This document shows positions 1-9,046 of a stretch of 28,131 bases of DNA, piece by piece; position 1 is the first letter of the stretch, and each line of letters begins with the position of its first letter. A program made the translations under genes and the position numbers. The notes below the pieces were generated by a model that did no database searches, had not been told where the DNA came from, and saw only the letters and a list, made by a program, of their open reading frames with translations. Origin of the DNA: an uncultured Acidimicrobiales bacterium (GTDB taxonomy: Bacteria > Actinomycetota > Geothermincolia > Fen-727 > Anoxymicrobiaceae); the NCBI GenBank assembly GCA_964485255.1, contig CAZAIS010000001.1, forward strand, positions 1-28,131, read 5' to 3'.

Positions 1-53
1 GGTGTCTTCTTCGCCTTGATCTTCTCGGGGGGGAGGAGGTTGATCTTGGTCAT
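1..53 (-). CDS. pilN: Type IV pilus assembly protein PilN, N-terminal fragment (runs off window edge)
   Basis: Not in ORF track. ATG at 53-51, one base after the pilM TGA (TGAtATG), preceded by GGAGGAG. Translates MTKINLLPPEKIKAKKT, containing the INLLP PilM-binding motif typical of PilN. Confidence 0.85.
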   Translation of the reverse strand, partial: MTKINLLPPEKIKAKKT

Positions 54-54
54 A

Positions 55-1116
55 TCACTCCTCCGTTTCCCTCAGGCCGAGACCCACGCAGCAGGCGATA
101 GAGGGCTCGAGCTCCGCAAGCTCCTCCGGCGCGAACGAGAGCTTGCCGAGCTGTACGTTCTGGAGCGGGTGCCCGATCTCTATGGGTAGCCTCAGGCCCC
201 GGTTGAGCTCGAGCGGAAGGTTTATCATCTTCGACCCGCTCCCGGAGAGTACGACCTTGTTGAGGTCCCGCTCCTGGGTCTGCGAGATATAGTACTCGAG
301 GGAGCGCCTGATCTCTCCCACGAAAGCCTGTATCTCTTTCTGCAGGAGGCTGTTCGCTTCCGGGTCCGTGCTGCGGCCCCGCTTGATCTCCTCGGCCTCG
401 ATGGGGGTCAGCTTGAGCTGATCGCACAGGAGCTTTGTGAAGTAGTCGCCGCCCCGCATCAGCATTCTTACGAAGCGCGGCGTGCCTTCCTTTACCACGC
501 ATACATTACAGATGCCGGCGCCGATGTTCACCAGGCAGAGGCTCCCCGGCGACTCGGCCTCCTCCTCGAGAAACTGGTATTCCTTCTTGATCAGGGACCT
601 TACCATGGAAAACGCCTTGAGCTCGATGGACTCGGGCGTTAGCCCGGCCCCCAGGCAGGCGTCCATGAAAGCCGTTATCATCTCCCTGTGCGCCGCCGCG
701 AGGAGGATGGTCTGCATGCGCTCTTCCTCGCCGGTCATGTACTCGTCCACGACCTCGTAATCCACGATGGCGTCGTCAATCGGTATTGGAATGAACTCCT
801 GGACCTGGTACTTGACGGCGCTCTTGAGCTCTTCCTCGGGCATATACGGCAGGTCCATCGGCCGCACGATGACCTTCTGGTTGGCTATCCCGAGTATGAC
901 CTTACGCCTGCTGATGCGGTTCGTCTTCCAGAGATCCTTGAGGTAAGTGGAGACGATTTCGGCGTTGTCGATCTCTCCGTCGCGGACGGCGCCCTCGGGG
1001 AGCATGATTATCGCGAGGTTGGTGAGGATCGGCTCCTTGCGCGAGATATTAATCTCCGCCACCTTTATGGATCCGGTGCTGATGTCCAGACCTATCGACA
1101 CTCCGCCCTTAGCCAA
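55..1116 (-). CDS. pilM: Type IV pilus assembly ATPase-like protein PilM (actin/FtsA fold)
   Basis: IGLDISTGSIKV actin-like phosphate-1 motif, VVLSGSGSKM motif, NPLQNV and CVGLGLR C-terminus. TTG start with GAGGTG RBS. Followed by the INLLP gene. Confidence 0.93.
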   Translation of the reverse strand: MAKGGVSIGLDISTGSIKVAEINISRKEPILTNLAIIMLPEGAVRDGEIDNAEIVSTYLKDLWKTNRISRRKVILGIANQKVIVRPMDLPYMPEEELKSAVKYQVQEFIPIPIDDAIVDYEVVDEYMTGEEERMQTILLAAAHREMITAFMDACLGAGLTPESIELKAFSMVRSLIKKEYQFLEEEAESPGSLCLVNIGAGICNVCVVKEGTPRFVRMLMRGGDYFTKLLCDQLKLTPIEAEEIKRGRSTDPEANSLLQKEIQAFVGEIRRSLEYYISQTQERDLNKVVLSGSGSKMINLPLELNRGLRLPIEIGHPLQNVQLGKLSFAPEELAELEPSIACCVGLGLRETEE

Positions 1117-1156
1117 TCAATTCACCTCTAGGAGAGATCCGGCCGTAACTCCAACT

Positions 1157-1181
1157 CGCCCTTCGGGCGGATGGACCGCCC
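1157..1181 (-). other. Two mutually exclusive GC-rich hairpins in the HTH-pilM intergenic region
   Basis: cgccc(1157-1161)/gggcg(1165-1169) and gggcgg(1165-1170)/ccgccc(1176-1181) share the central arm. Confidence 0.4.
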
Positions 1182-1190
1182 GCCGTCAGT

Positions 1191-1361
1191 CTATTCAGAG
1201 CCCCTGTTCAGATAATTATCTACGTCGCTTTCCTTGATCCTGTAGTTTTTACCAACGCGAATGGCCGGTATCTGCTTCCCCTTTACAAGCCGGTAGACCG
1301 TCATGTTGGAAACCCGCAGGATCTTTGCTACCTCGTTGACTGTAAGGAGCTTGTTGCTCAC
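1191..1361 (-). CDS. 56-aa excisionase-like / BldC-like winged HTH DNA-binding protein (HTH_17 type)
   Basis: Below the ORF-track cutoff. GTG 1361 to TAG 1191 gives MSNKLLTVNEVAKILRVSNMTVYRLVKGKQIPAIRVGKNYRIKESDVDNYLNRGSE, matching the LTVxEVAxxLxVSxxTVYRL...IPAxRVGxxxRI pattern. Confidence 0.9.
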   Translation of the reverse strand: MSNKLLTVNEVAKILRVSNMTVYRLVKGKQIPAIRVGKNYRIKESDVDNYLNRGSE

Positions 1362-1449
1362 TTCAGTTCACTTCCGTTCTGTTGGATCACCACGTTCAAT
1401 CTTATTCACTGATTGAGACAAGTCCATTCTATCTTAACTTGAGAATCAA

Positions 1450-1479
1450 ATTATGAACCATGATAAACAATACTGTCAA
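1450..1479 (-). promoter_or_regulatory. Housekeeping sigma70-type promoter for the HTH-pilM-pilN transcript
   Basis: Minus strand TTGACA (1479-1474), 18-nt spacer, CATAAT (1455-1450), in an AT-rich intergenic region. Confidence 0.65.
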
Positions 1480-1483
1480 TACT
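1468..1483. repeat. Direct repeat CAATACT-gt-CAATACT (9-bp period) overlapping the -35 box
   Basis: Exact 7-mer at 1468-1474 and 1477-1483. Confidence 0.6.
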
Positions 1484-1628
1484 CCCTCTCGTCAACTTAA
1501 GCCACAACCTTTAGCAATATTTCTCAAAACTTAAAATTAACATCAGAATTCACAGGCAGGCAGGCAAACGCAAACTCTACGGAAAAAGCTGAACCCTGCG
1601 ATTCAAGCTGAATAGCAAAGGCTCACTC

Positions 1629-2573
1629 TTACCTTAAGAGTTTTAAATACAGGTCCGAGAGTTGCTGACCCCATATCAAGGCAATGACGGCACCTGCCGC
1701 GAGGAACGGCGCAAAAGGTATCCGGTCCCGGCGGCCGGACCTCTTCAGCAGGACAAGCGGGATTGACGTCAGCGCACCGAGCAGGAATCCGATTACCAAC
1801 TGGACAATGATCAGGTACCAGTGAAAATAGCCGAGCGCGAGTCCGCAGAAGGCTATGAGCTTGACGTCCCCCATGCCGATGCCCGTTGGGATCTCGATTA
1901 CTTCCTCGTCGTCCTCGTGACCGCCCTTCTCAGCCGCGGAGTCCTGGCGGGCTTCGTCTTCGAGGAGCCGGCTCTCACCCTCGCTACGGGGTGCTCTCCT
2001 CATGAAAAGAAACCCATACAGCAATCCAATCCCCAGCAGAAACAGGCCACCGGCGGTTCCGGCGGCCACCGCAATCCCTATGCGTCCGGGCTGGCCACGG
2101 TACAACCCGAGGGCGGTCACCAGCAGGAGCATCGCGACGAGCCCGGGGTACATAACCCTGTTGGGGACGATGCCGAACGTAAGGTCGACGGCTGAGGCAA
2201 CCAGTAGAATGCATACCAGGAGCAGCCCAATGAACAACTCGGGGGTAAAGACCTGTCCCGGCGGCAGCCCCAGGTCGGCCGGGACCGTCGCGCGGCTCCA
2301 CCAGTATACGAGCACAAAGAGCCCGGCGGTAACCGCCTCGACAAGGGGGTACATGAGAGAAATCCGCTCGCCGCAACGGCGGCATCGCGCCCGCAGTATG
2401 CAGTAACTCAGGATCGGGATGTTGTCATACCAGCGTATCACCACCCCGCAGTGCGGGCATACCGAACGTTCTCCGAGAGATAGGTCGCGCGGGAGCCTGT
2501 AGATTATGACGTTGAAAAAGCTGCCGAAAATCAGGCCGAAACCGGCGGCGGCGAAGTAGTATAACCACGTCAT
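1629..2573 (-). CDS. pilD: Prepilin peptidase / N-methyltransferase (A24 family)
   Basis: GSFFNVIIYRLP, CPHC and CRRC Zn motifs, WYDNIPILSY, AVD and GMGDVKL catalytic aspartates, IPFAPFL. Start moved from 2675 to ATG 2573 (MTWLYY). Confidence 0.95.
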   Translation of the reverse strand: MTWLYYFAAAGFGLIFGSFFNVIIYRLPRDLSLGERSVCPHCGVVIRWYDNIPILSYCILRARCRRCGERISLMYPLVEAVTAGLFVLVYWWSRATVPADLGLPPGQVFTPELFIGLLLVCILLVASAVDLTFGIVPNRVMYPGLVAMLLLVTALGLYRGQPGRIGIAVAAGTAGGLFLLGIGLLYGFLFMRRAPRSEGESRLLEDEARQDSAAEKGGHEDDEEVIEIPTGIGMGDVKLIAFCGLALGYFHWYLIIVQLVIGFLLGALTSIPLVLLKRSGRRDRIPFAPFLAAGAVIALIWGQQLSDLYLKLLR

Positions 2574-2751
2574 CTTCAGTAGGTACCCCCTGCATTCCGC
2601 CGGCATGCCCAACCGGAAGCGTCCCGCGGCGCGGTCCGGCTGGGACCATTGCTGGGATTCCTCCCGGTAGGACAACCGGTGACTCGAGCGACAACCGGCA
2701 AGAGCCCCGCGGCCCGTGGGACCCCGGCGGCCGCCCGGGCAATGCCGGCGG

Positions 2752-4290
2752 TCAACCGCCCCGATCGCGTCGCTTCACCGCCTCGTAGAGCTTCCCGCCG
2801 TCATACAGAAGCATTCCGCCCACGCGTTCGGGCTTGTCCAACTTCGAGATGTCTGACGCGAGCGCTGAATCCCGGCCGATCAATAGAACGTCCGGCCTCG
2901 TCCGGGCAACGTGTCCGAGGACGTCATCGGCGCCCACATCATCTGACAATAGTAGCACACGCTTCCCTTCACCTTCCCATGCGGCGTGTCCCTTGGGCAG
3001 CAGGGACATCTGGCCGGAGCGGTAGCAGTCCAGGTAGAACATCAATTCAGGGCTGTTATCCTTGTCCTGCAGCATGACGGTCGCGAGTGCCCCCTCGTGA
3101 GCGTTGATGTACCCGGCGACCGCCTTCGAGTTCAGCGCGCCTGTATAGAGCGCCTCGGAGCGCATGTAGGACTCGAACCCGAAGGGGACCTGCAGCGCCG
3201 CTGTCGCCGCGACGAGGACGGCGGCGGCGGCTACAGGGACGAGCCTTCCGGCCCTGGCTGACGCCAGCCCCGATATCAGTGCCGCGAACCCCCATCCGCC
3301 GATGAGGGCGAACGCGGGCAGCGAACCGTAGATCATCCAGGGTGGCTTACCGTGGGACAGCGAGAGGACCAGGTAGACGACCACGATCCATACCATGAGA
3401 AACAGCAGCATGGCCAACCCGGAGTAACCGGTCGGGCCCTCTTCCCTGACCCTCGTCCCGGCTGGACGCCACGCCAGAGCGACGGCCGCGGCGAGGACGG
3501 CCAGCAGGACGCCCCAGCCAACGTCCGCCGGAATCCTCGCCAGGTAGAAATAGAAAGGCTCGTGCCAGACCTGCGCCGAGACGTGCGTGCCCAGAAAAAA
3601 CTGCAGGAACTGCCCCTTGGTCCTGGACAACAACAGGAACCACCAGGCGCAAAGAGGAACCGCCACCAGGAAGCTTGCGCCAAGGCCTTTGATCCGGTCG
3701 GTCCTCCGGGTGATAAGCACGAAGATCAGCACCGATACCGGCAGGAAAACCGCTATCTCCTTGGTCAGAAACGCGAGCCCGAGGAACAACCCCGCCCACA
3801 GGTAGCGTTTCCGGAAGAAGAAGAAAAGGAAAAGCATTCCCAGCGCCAGGGTCATCGACTCCTGCTTTATCCAGGTGTCGTATACGCGGGCCGCCGGCAT
3901 CAACGCGAAAAGCATGGCTCCGGTGAGGCCGGCCCATTTGCCGAGCCAGTCCCGCCCGCACATGAATATCATCACGATGAGCAGGAGCGCGAAGACAATC
4001 GATACTATCTCGAGGAATATCGAAAGCCCCACCCGGCCGGAACCCGTGACTCTCGCAAACAACATGCCGAGCCCGGTGTAAGCGGGAGGGTGCCTGAAGA
4101 TATTCGGGTAGAACGTGCTCACGTCATCATGATGGCCGCTTACGGCGTCCTCTATCGAGTTGACGTTCCAGGCCTCGTCCCAGGAAAGAACGTGTCCGAC
4201 GTTCGGCAACCGGAGGCCGAGCGCCAGGACGAGAACCAGCGCGAGCAACAGAGGAACCGCTTTGTCTTTCCGCAATACACCGGTCTTCAA
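2752..4290 (-). CDS. ArnT/PMT-like (GT-C fold) multi-pass glycosyltransferase
   Basis: First-loop SWDEAWN acidic motif, HPPAY motif, GLAFLTKE, many hydrophobic helices, soluble C-terminal domain. Confidence 0.8.
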   Translation of the reverse strand: MKTGVLRKDKAVPLLLALVLVLALGLRLPNVGHVLSWDEAWNVNSIEDAVSGHHDDVSTFYPNIFRHPPAYTGLGMLFARVTGSGRVGLSIFLEIVSIVFALLLIVMIFMCGRDWLGKWAGLTGAMLFALMPAARVYDTWIKQESMTLALGMLFLFFFFRKRYLWAGLFLGLAFLTKEIAVFLPVSVLIFVLITRRTDRIKGLGASFLVAVPLCAWWFLLLSRTKGQFLQFFLGTHVSAQVWHEPFYFYLARIPADVGWGVLLAVLAAAVALAWRPAGTRVREEGPTGYSGLAMLLFLMVWIVVVYLVLSLSHGKPPWMIYGSLPAFALIGGWGFAALISGLASARAGRLVPVAAAAVLVAATAALQVPFGFESYMRSEALYTGALNSKAVAGYINAHEGALATVMLQDKDNSPELMFYLDCYRSGQMSLLPKGHAAWEGEGKRVLLLSDDVGADDVLGHVARTRPDVLLIGRDSALASDISKLDKPERVGGMLLYDGGKLYEAVKRRDRGG

Positions 4291-4475
4291 CTCTTCGTAA
4301 CCCCTGGATCAAGGCGAACAGTCACTCAATCATATTGAATCACTACGCAATAGGACATCCCACCCGCCGAAACCGCATTCGCGAGCGGGATCGAAAACCG
4401 GCCGGGGGGCCTGGAGCAGGCTCCGGGCACCCGTCAGCCCGGCCGGGCCGCCAGCGAAGCCCGCTTCCGCTGTCA

Positions 4476-4481
4476 TATAAT
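4476..4481 (+). promoter_or_regulatory. -10 box of a probable leaderless transcript
   Basis: Perfect TATAAT ending 7 nt before ATG 4488, with no SD in the 6-nt gap (tgccgc). Confidence 0.6.
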
Positions 4482-4487
4482 TGCCGC

Positions 4488-6773
4488 ATGTCGAGCAATA
4501 CTGTCCAATACGCAAACCCGCCACTCGAACGCGAGAGCAGGGACGGCAGGCCTGCCTGGTACAGCCAGGAACTCCCGGTTCTCGCGTTGATCTTCGCCTC
4601 GAGCCTCACTCTCCACGTGATGACCGCGGCAAGAACCGTGACGTTCTCCGACTCCGGCGATTTCCTGATGGCGATATCAACGGTGGGAAACTGCCACGGG
4701 CCTGGTTACCCCCTCTACCTGATGAGCGCGAAGATTTTCTCCTGGATATTCCCGGTCGGCTCCCTGGCGTTCAGGGTGAGCGTGTTCTCCGGGTTGTTCG
4801 CTTCGCTTGCCGCCTGCCTCACGTACTGGATCGTGCTTCGCATGACCAGGAGCCGGGTCGGCGGTGTCGCCGCCGCCCTCGCCCTGTCGTTCTCCTACAC
4901 CTTCTGGTACGAAACCGTCATCCCGGAAACCTACGGACTCAACACGTTCTTCCTGTCCCTGCTCCTCGTCCTCATGCTCCGGTGGGAGAGGCTGCTCAAG
5001 GAAGGCCGGCGCGGGAGCGCGCGCAACACGCTGTCCGCCTTCGCGTTCGTCTTCGGCCTGTCGATGACAAACCATTTCAGCATACTATTCTCGATCCCGG
5101 CGTTTCTCTTCTTCGCGCTGGACACCAACTCGAGAGAAGTCTTCAACGTCCGCAACCTGGTCAGGATGGCCGCGTTTTTCGCGATAGGGCTGCTTCCGTA
5201 CGTCTACGAGCCGGCCGCCGCGTTCCGGGGGCCGGCGTACAACTACGGGGACCCCTCAACGCTCGCACGATGGTTCGATCACGTGACGCTGAACTATCAA
5301 CGCGGCGGTCTTTTCACATACCCGCTGAGGTTCCTGCCGGCCAGGTTCTGGCGCTATTTCGGCACGCTCACCACCGAGTTCCCGTACTTCTTCTGGCTGG
5401 CGGCGGTGGGCCTGGTCGCCTCCTTCCTCAAGAAGAACAAGAAATACGCGCTGTTCGTCAGTCTCCTGTTCGTTTTCACCACCATCACGGTCATGTGTTA
5501 CGACCAGCTCGAATCCGTGCTCAGGGCGCACTTCTACGGGCCCAGCTACTTCGTGGTCACCCTGTGGATCGGTTTCGGCGCCGCCTGGATCGCCAACCTC
5601 GTGAAGCGCTGGTCCAGAGGCCGGGACAGAATTCTGTCAGCAGGTGCCCTGGGAATCACCGGCGCCGTTCTTGTCTTACTGTGCTGCTCTTCGATTCCCG
5701 AGCACTACAACAAGGTCGACAAGAGCAACTACCGCTACGCGCGCGACATGGCGCTGAAGATGCTGTCGAAAGCCGACCGGGAAGGCGTGATCCTGACAGA
5801 TTCGGACAACGTGATCTTTCCACTCAAGTACATGCAGTACGTCGAGGGAGTGAGCCCCGCGGCGGACGTCGTAAACCCCAAGTCGCTGGGCGTGCCGGGC
5901 TGGACCGCCACCGATCTCAACCGAGCCGTTCTGCCACCCGGTGAAGAGCTCAAGCCCGCAGAAGGCGATTACGCGAGGGTGACAAAGCAGAAGTACCATA
6001 GCGTCCCCGTGTTCTCGAGCGGCCTGACCTTCTCGTTCTTCGGATGGAGCCAGGAATGGGAAGGCCTGCTGCTGCGCATCTACCCACCGGGAGCGCAACG
6101 CAAAGCCGCCAGCCCCGTGGTCCTCGCGCAGGGGGGCGAACCGCTGGCCGACCTGGACAGCGACGCCCGCGAGGCAATAGTCCTGTCCGACCTGATGGCT
6201 GTATACAACAAGATACACTCCGGCGAAACGGAAGAGGCCGCGCGCCTCTGCGAAAAGGTCACGCAATACGCCGGCAGAGATCTGTACGTCCCGACGTTGT
6301 ACGGTTGCGAGACCATATCGAATACGTACGACGTATGGGGGCAGCTCCTCAGCCAGCAAGGCAAGTACAAGAAGGTGGTCAGGGAGTTGCCCAAGGCCCG
6401 CCTGTTCAACCCGGACTTCGTGTCCCTGTCGCTCGCCGAGGCCTACATGAGAACCGGAAACGACTCGACGGCGGAGGATGAACTCTCCAAGTTTCTCGTG
6501 ATACACCCGAACAGCGCGGCGGCTTACGAAAAGTTGGGCGAGCTGCAGCTCGTGAGGGGCGATTTCAAGGACGCGGCGTCCTCACTCCGCGAGGCCGTGC
6601 GTCTCGACCCCGGCGTGGCGAAATCCCACTATCAACTCGGCACTGCCTTGCTGCACTTGAACGACAAGAACGGAGCGGTCGAGCAGTTCAACGAAGCGAT
6701 CGCCAGAGGCTCCGGCACTGAATGGGAACAACTGGCCCGTAGCGCCCTCGCGCCTCTCCTCGAGAAGGAATAG
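4488..6773 (+). CDS. DUF2723 / TMEM260-like GT-C membrane glycosyltransferase with C-terminal TPR repeats
   Basis: DSGDF...GNCHGPGYPLY matches the DUF2723 motif. Also ETYGLN, TNHFS, YGDPST, multiple TM helices, and TPR-like helices (AAAYEKLGELQL, AKSHYQLGTALL). Start moved from 4335 to ATG 4488. Confidence 0.82.
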   Translation: MSSNTVQYANPPLERESRDGRPAWYSQELPVLALIFASSLTLHVMTAARTVTFSDSGDFLMAISTVGNCHGPGYPLYLMSAKIFSWIFPVGSLAFRVSVFSGLFASLAACLTYWIVLRMTRSRVGGVAAALALSFSYTFWYETVIPETYGLNTFFLSLLLVLMLRWERLLKEGRRGSARNTLSAFAFVFGLSMTNHFSILFSIPAFLFFALDTNSREVFNVRNLVRMAAFFAIGLLPYVYEPAAAFRGPAYNYGDPSTLARWFDHVTLNYQRGGLFTYPLRFLPARFWRYFGTLTTEFPYFFWLAAVGLVASFLKKNKKYALFVSLLFVFTTITVMCYDQLESVLRAHFYGPSYFVVTLWIGFGAAWIANLVKRWSRGRDRILSAGALGITGAVLVLLCCSSIPEHYNKVDKSNYRYARDMALKMLSKADREGVILTDSDNVIFPLKYMQYVEGVSPAADVVNPKSLGVPGWTATDLNRAVLPPGEELKPAEGDYARVTKQKYHSVPVFSSGLTFSFFGWSQEWEGLLLRIYPPGAQRKAASPVVLAQGGEPLADLDSDAREAIVLSDLMAVYNKIHSGETEEAARLCEKVTQYAGRDLYVPTLYGCETISNTYDVWGQLLSQQGKYKKVVRELPKARLFNPDFVSLSLAEAYMRTGNDSTAEDELSKFLVIHPNSAAAYEKLGELQLVRGDFKDAASSLREAVRLDPGVAKSHYQLGTALLHLNDKNGAVEQFNEAIARGSGTEWEQLARSALAPLLEKE

Positions 6774-6791
6774 CCCAAAGCGCCCGCCTTC

Positions 6792-9029
6792 TCAACGGAC
6801 CAGCTCGATATCGAGGTCGCCGATGAGCACACCCGCCTGAACCTCTGTCGCCCCGGGGATCTCGGGGACCGGCGAGGGCTCGGATTTCGACCGGATAGTC
6901 ATCAGGTTGCTGCCGGGGTTGAGCTTGACCGAGCTGATCTTGAACTCCGTTCTCCATACCGGCAATATATTTCTACCCGTTGCCGCGCCACCAGCCACGA
7001 ACTCGATGGTTCCCTCTTTCTCTGTCGCGGAGGCCTCGATCGTGACGTCGGCGACAACGCTCGTCTGAAGCTCCGATCTTATGTCCACGACCATCTCCTC
7101 CATCCCGGGGTGCCATGCCTTGCCGTCGGCCGAGACGACCGCCTGCGAGCTGCCGGTCATGAAAAGGGGGTAGACTCTCGCCGGCTCGGCAACGACCTCG
7201 TAAATGACACAGTCCTCGAACTCGCTGACTTTCCTGAACCCATCGGGCACCCTGGAGTCCTCGAAGGAAACCGGGTCAACGTAATTGACGTGATTGCCTT
7301 CCAGGTAAAGGCTCGGTATGGCCAGGACGTACTTCACCCCCAACCTCTTCAGGATGCCAGGCGTTGACTCCTCGTAAAGGCTCAAGGCCGTCTGCCTGAT
7401 ATTGTCAGCCTCTGATTCCGGCTCGCCGTTGTTGACGAGTGGCTTCCGGTGGTGACGTTGATCCAGGAGATAGCGGTAGTTGCCGAAGTCGTCGGCGTAG
7501 AAGAACGGGTATACTGCGGCGATTGAACCTTCCTTCGCGTTCCTCAGCCAACGGTAATAGTCCTTAACCGACCCCGTGTCGAGCGAATAGAACGGCGGCA
7601 CTATCGAGTACTCCACCACGATCACGAGGCAGGTCACCGCCACGACGAACAGCCGTGCGCGCTTCCCGCCCGATTTGCGTAGCAGCGCCGCCGCCCCGTA
7701 GGACGCGACGACCGCGACGCAGAACATCACCCCTATGCCGAACCTCGCGTAAGCGCGCACCTCGGGCACCACGAAGTGCAGCAGGTAGCTGGGCATGTAC
7801 AACTTGAGCCCCAGGACGCCAAACGTCGGCGGCATCGAAAACAGGAAGCAGACAGCCGCGGTGAACCCCAGAGAGCACGCCACCCTGAAATCGCCGGACC
7901 ACCCGGCACGTTCCCGCGCCGGTCCGTCTCCACCGTCGTCGACGCACCCCGACCCTCCCTCCGGGCATCGGATCCGGCGGTTCCGCGCGAGTGTGTACGT
8001 ACCGAATGCCGCGAGGCCGAGGGGGACGTAGCCCAGGAAAAGGCTGCTCTCCGACAGGAACCCACCGTGCAGGTGCGACAGAATATATCCCCTTGAGATC
8101 CACCCGAAAGCAGCGGCGTCGGCGTGAGGGAGGATATAGTCCCACGGCCGCGCCGAGTAGAGATACAGTGCCTGCAACCCGCCCGCCGAACCCCTTCGCG
8201 CGAAATAGAAGACGGCTAACCCGATAATACCCGCGGCAATCAACCCCACCGCCACGAGATTGCCGGCGGCGCGGAGCTTGCTCCAGGGTTTCCCGGTAAG
8301 CCACATCACCAGCAGGAACGCGACGGCCATTACCCCACAGATCAGGCCGTAGTGGAAGTTGAACAACGCAGTAAGCGTGAAAGCCCCGACGCAGCACAGC
8401 GCCGGCACGAGGCCCTTCTCGCGCCACCACCTTATCAGGAAATAGAAGAAGAGCGGTATCCATCCTACGGTGAGCAACCCGATATGCTCCTTGCCCTGCA
8501 GGAGCATGTACGGGCATATGCCGAACGCGATGCCGGCGACGGCTGCCGCCCCCCTGCTCTTCGTAAGATATTTGGCCAGGACGAACATGCATACGGCGGC
8601 AAACAAATACGACCCGATAAGGAAGACGTTGTAGGCGACGGTTTCGCCGGTAAGCCTGGTCAGCAGCTTCAGTGTGAGAACAGACAGCGGGTCCCTCGAT
8701 AGAACATTCATGTTCCTGCCAAACGGCACGGCGACCATGGAAACCGGGTTGACCGCGAGGCCCCTGGCCGAAGCGTACCTGGTCCACCAGAGCCACCAAA
8801 TCATCCCCATGGAATCCCCACGCTGCGCGTAGGTACGCGACGTGAGCGTTATCGCGGGATACGTCATGAACGCCACGATAGCGGCGTACAAGGAAAAGAC
8901 CGCCGCACCCCGGCTCAATATAACCCCGCGCAACCGTCGAGGTCTATCTGGCTTCAGCTCATTCACTAAAAGGATCTTCCCACCCCGCCGTTCAACGCTG
9001 ACGCGGGATGAGGCCCCGCTGAAATCCAA
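6792..9029 (-). CDS. Large multi-pass membrane protein, predicted GT-C / YfhO-like glycosyltransferase (paralog A)
   Basis: RGDSMGMIWWLWW loop, many TM helices, soluble C-terminal domains, collinear with 14231-16552. Start uncertain (TTG 9029 or GTG 8966). Confidence 0.65.
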   Translation of the reverse strand: MDFSGASSRVSVERRGGKILLVNELKPDRPRRLRGVILSRGAAVFSLYAAIVAFMTYPAITLTSRTYAQRGDSMGMIWWLWWTRYASARGLAVNPVSMVAVPFGRNMNVLSRDPLSVLTLKLLTRLTGETVAYNVFLIGSYLFAAVCMFVLAKYLTKSRGAAAVAGIAFGICPYMLLQGKEHIGLLTVGWIPLFFYFLIRWWREKGLVPALCCVGAFTLTALFNFHYGLICGVMAVAFLLVMWLTGKPWSKLRAAGNLVAVGLIAAGIIGLAVFYFARRGSAGGLQALYLYSARPWDYILPHADAAAFGWISRGYILSHLHGGFLSESSLFLGYVPLGLAAFGTYTLARNRRIRCPEGGSGCVDDGGDGPARERAGWSGDFRVACSLGFTAAVCFLFSMPPTFGVLGLKLYMPSYLLHFVVPEVRAYARFGIGVMFCVAVVASYGAAALLRKSGGKRARLFVVAVTCLVIVVEYSIVPPFYSLDTGSVKDYYRWLRNAKEGSIAAVYPFFYADDFGNYRYLLDQRHHRKPLVNNGEPESEADNIRQTALSLYEESTPGILKRLGVKYVLAIPSLYLEGNHVNYVDPVSFEDSRVPDGFRKVSEFEDCVIYEVVAEPARVYPLFMTGSSQAVVSADGKAWHPGMEEMVVDIRSELQTSVVADVTIEASATEKEGTIEFVAGGAATGRNILPVWRTEFKISSVKLNPGSNLMTIRSKSEPSPVPEIPGATEVQAGVLIGDLDIELVR

Positions 9030-9046
9030 GCATCGAAGGATTCACC

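Noticed and set aside
1126-1134. CTCCTAGAG 9-mer shared by the pilM leader and the Roadblock leader (26997-27005)
   Set aside because: Only two copies, one overlapping an RBS; cannot be distinguished from chance.
1191-1361. HTH gene as a prophage or ICE excisionase
   Set aside because: No integrase, tRNA or att-like repeat in the window, and it sits in operon position with pilMN.
1561-1600. GGCAAAC...GGAAA resembling a c-di-GMP-I riboswitch
   Set aside because: Antisense to the downstream genes and lacks the GACGCAAAGC...CTAA second stem.
4326-4338. Palindrome TCAAT-cat-ATTGA upstream of the ArnT-like gene
   Set aside because: Short, single copy, no second site found to support an operator.
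4481-5944. Long alternative-frame or antisense ORFs (also 7564-8799, 12642-14132, 19514-20503, 22651-23943, 24975-26006)
   Set aside because: They overlap well-supported genes, are R/G/P/S-rich and show no recognisable motifs; typical high-GC shadow ORFs.
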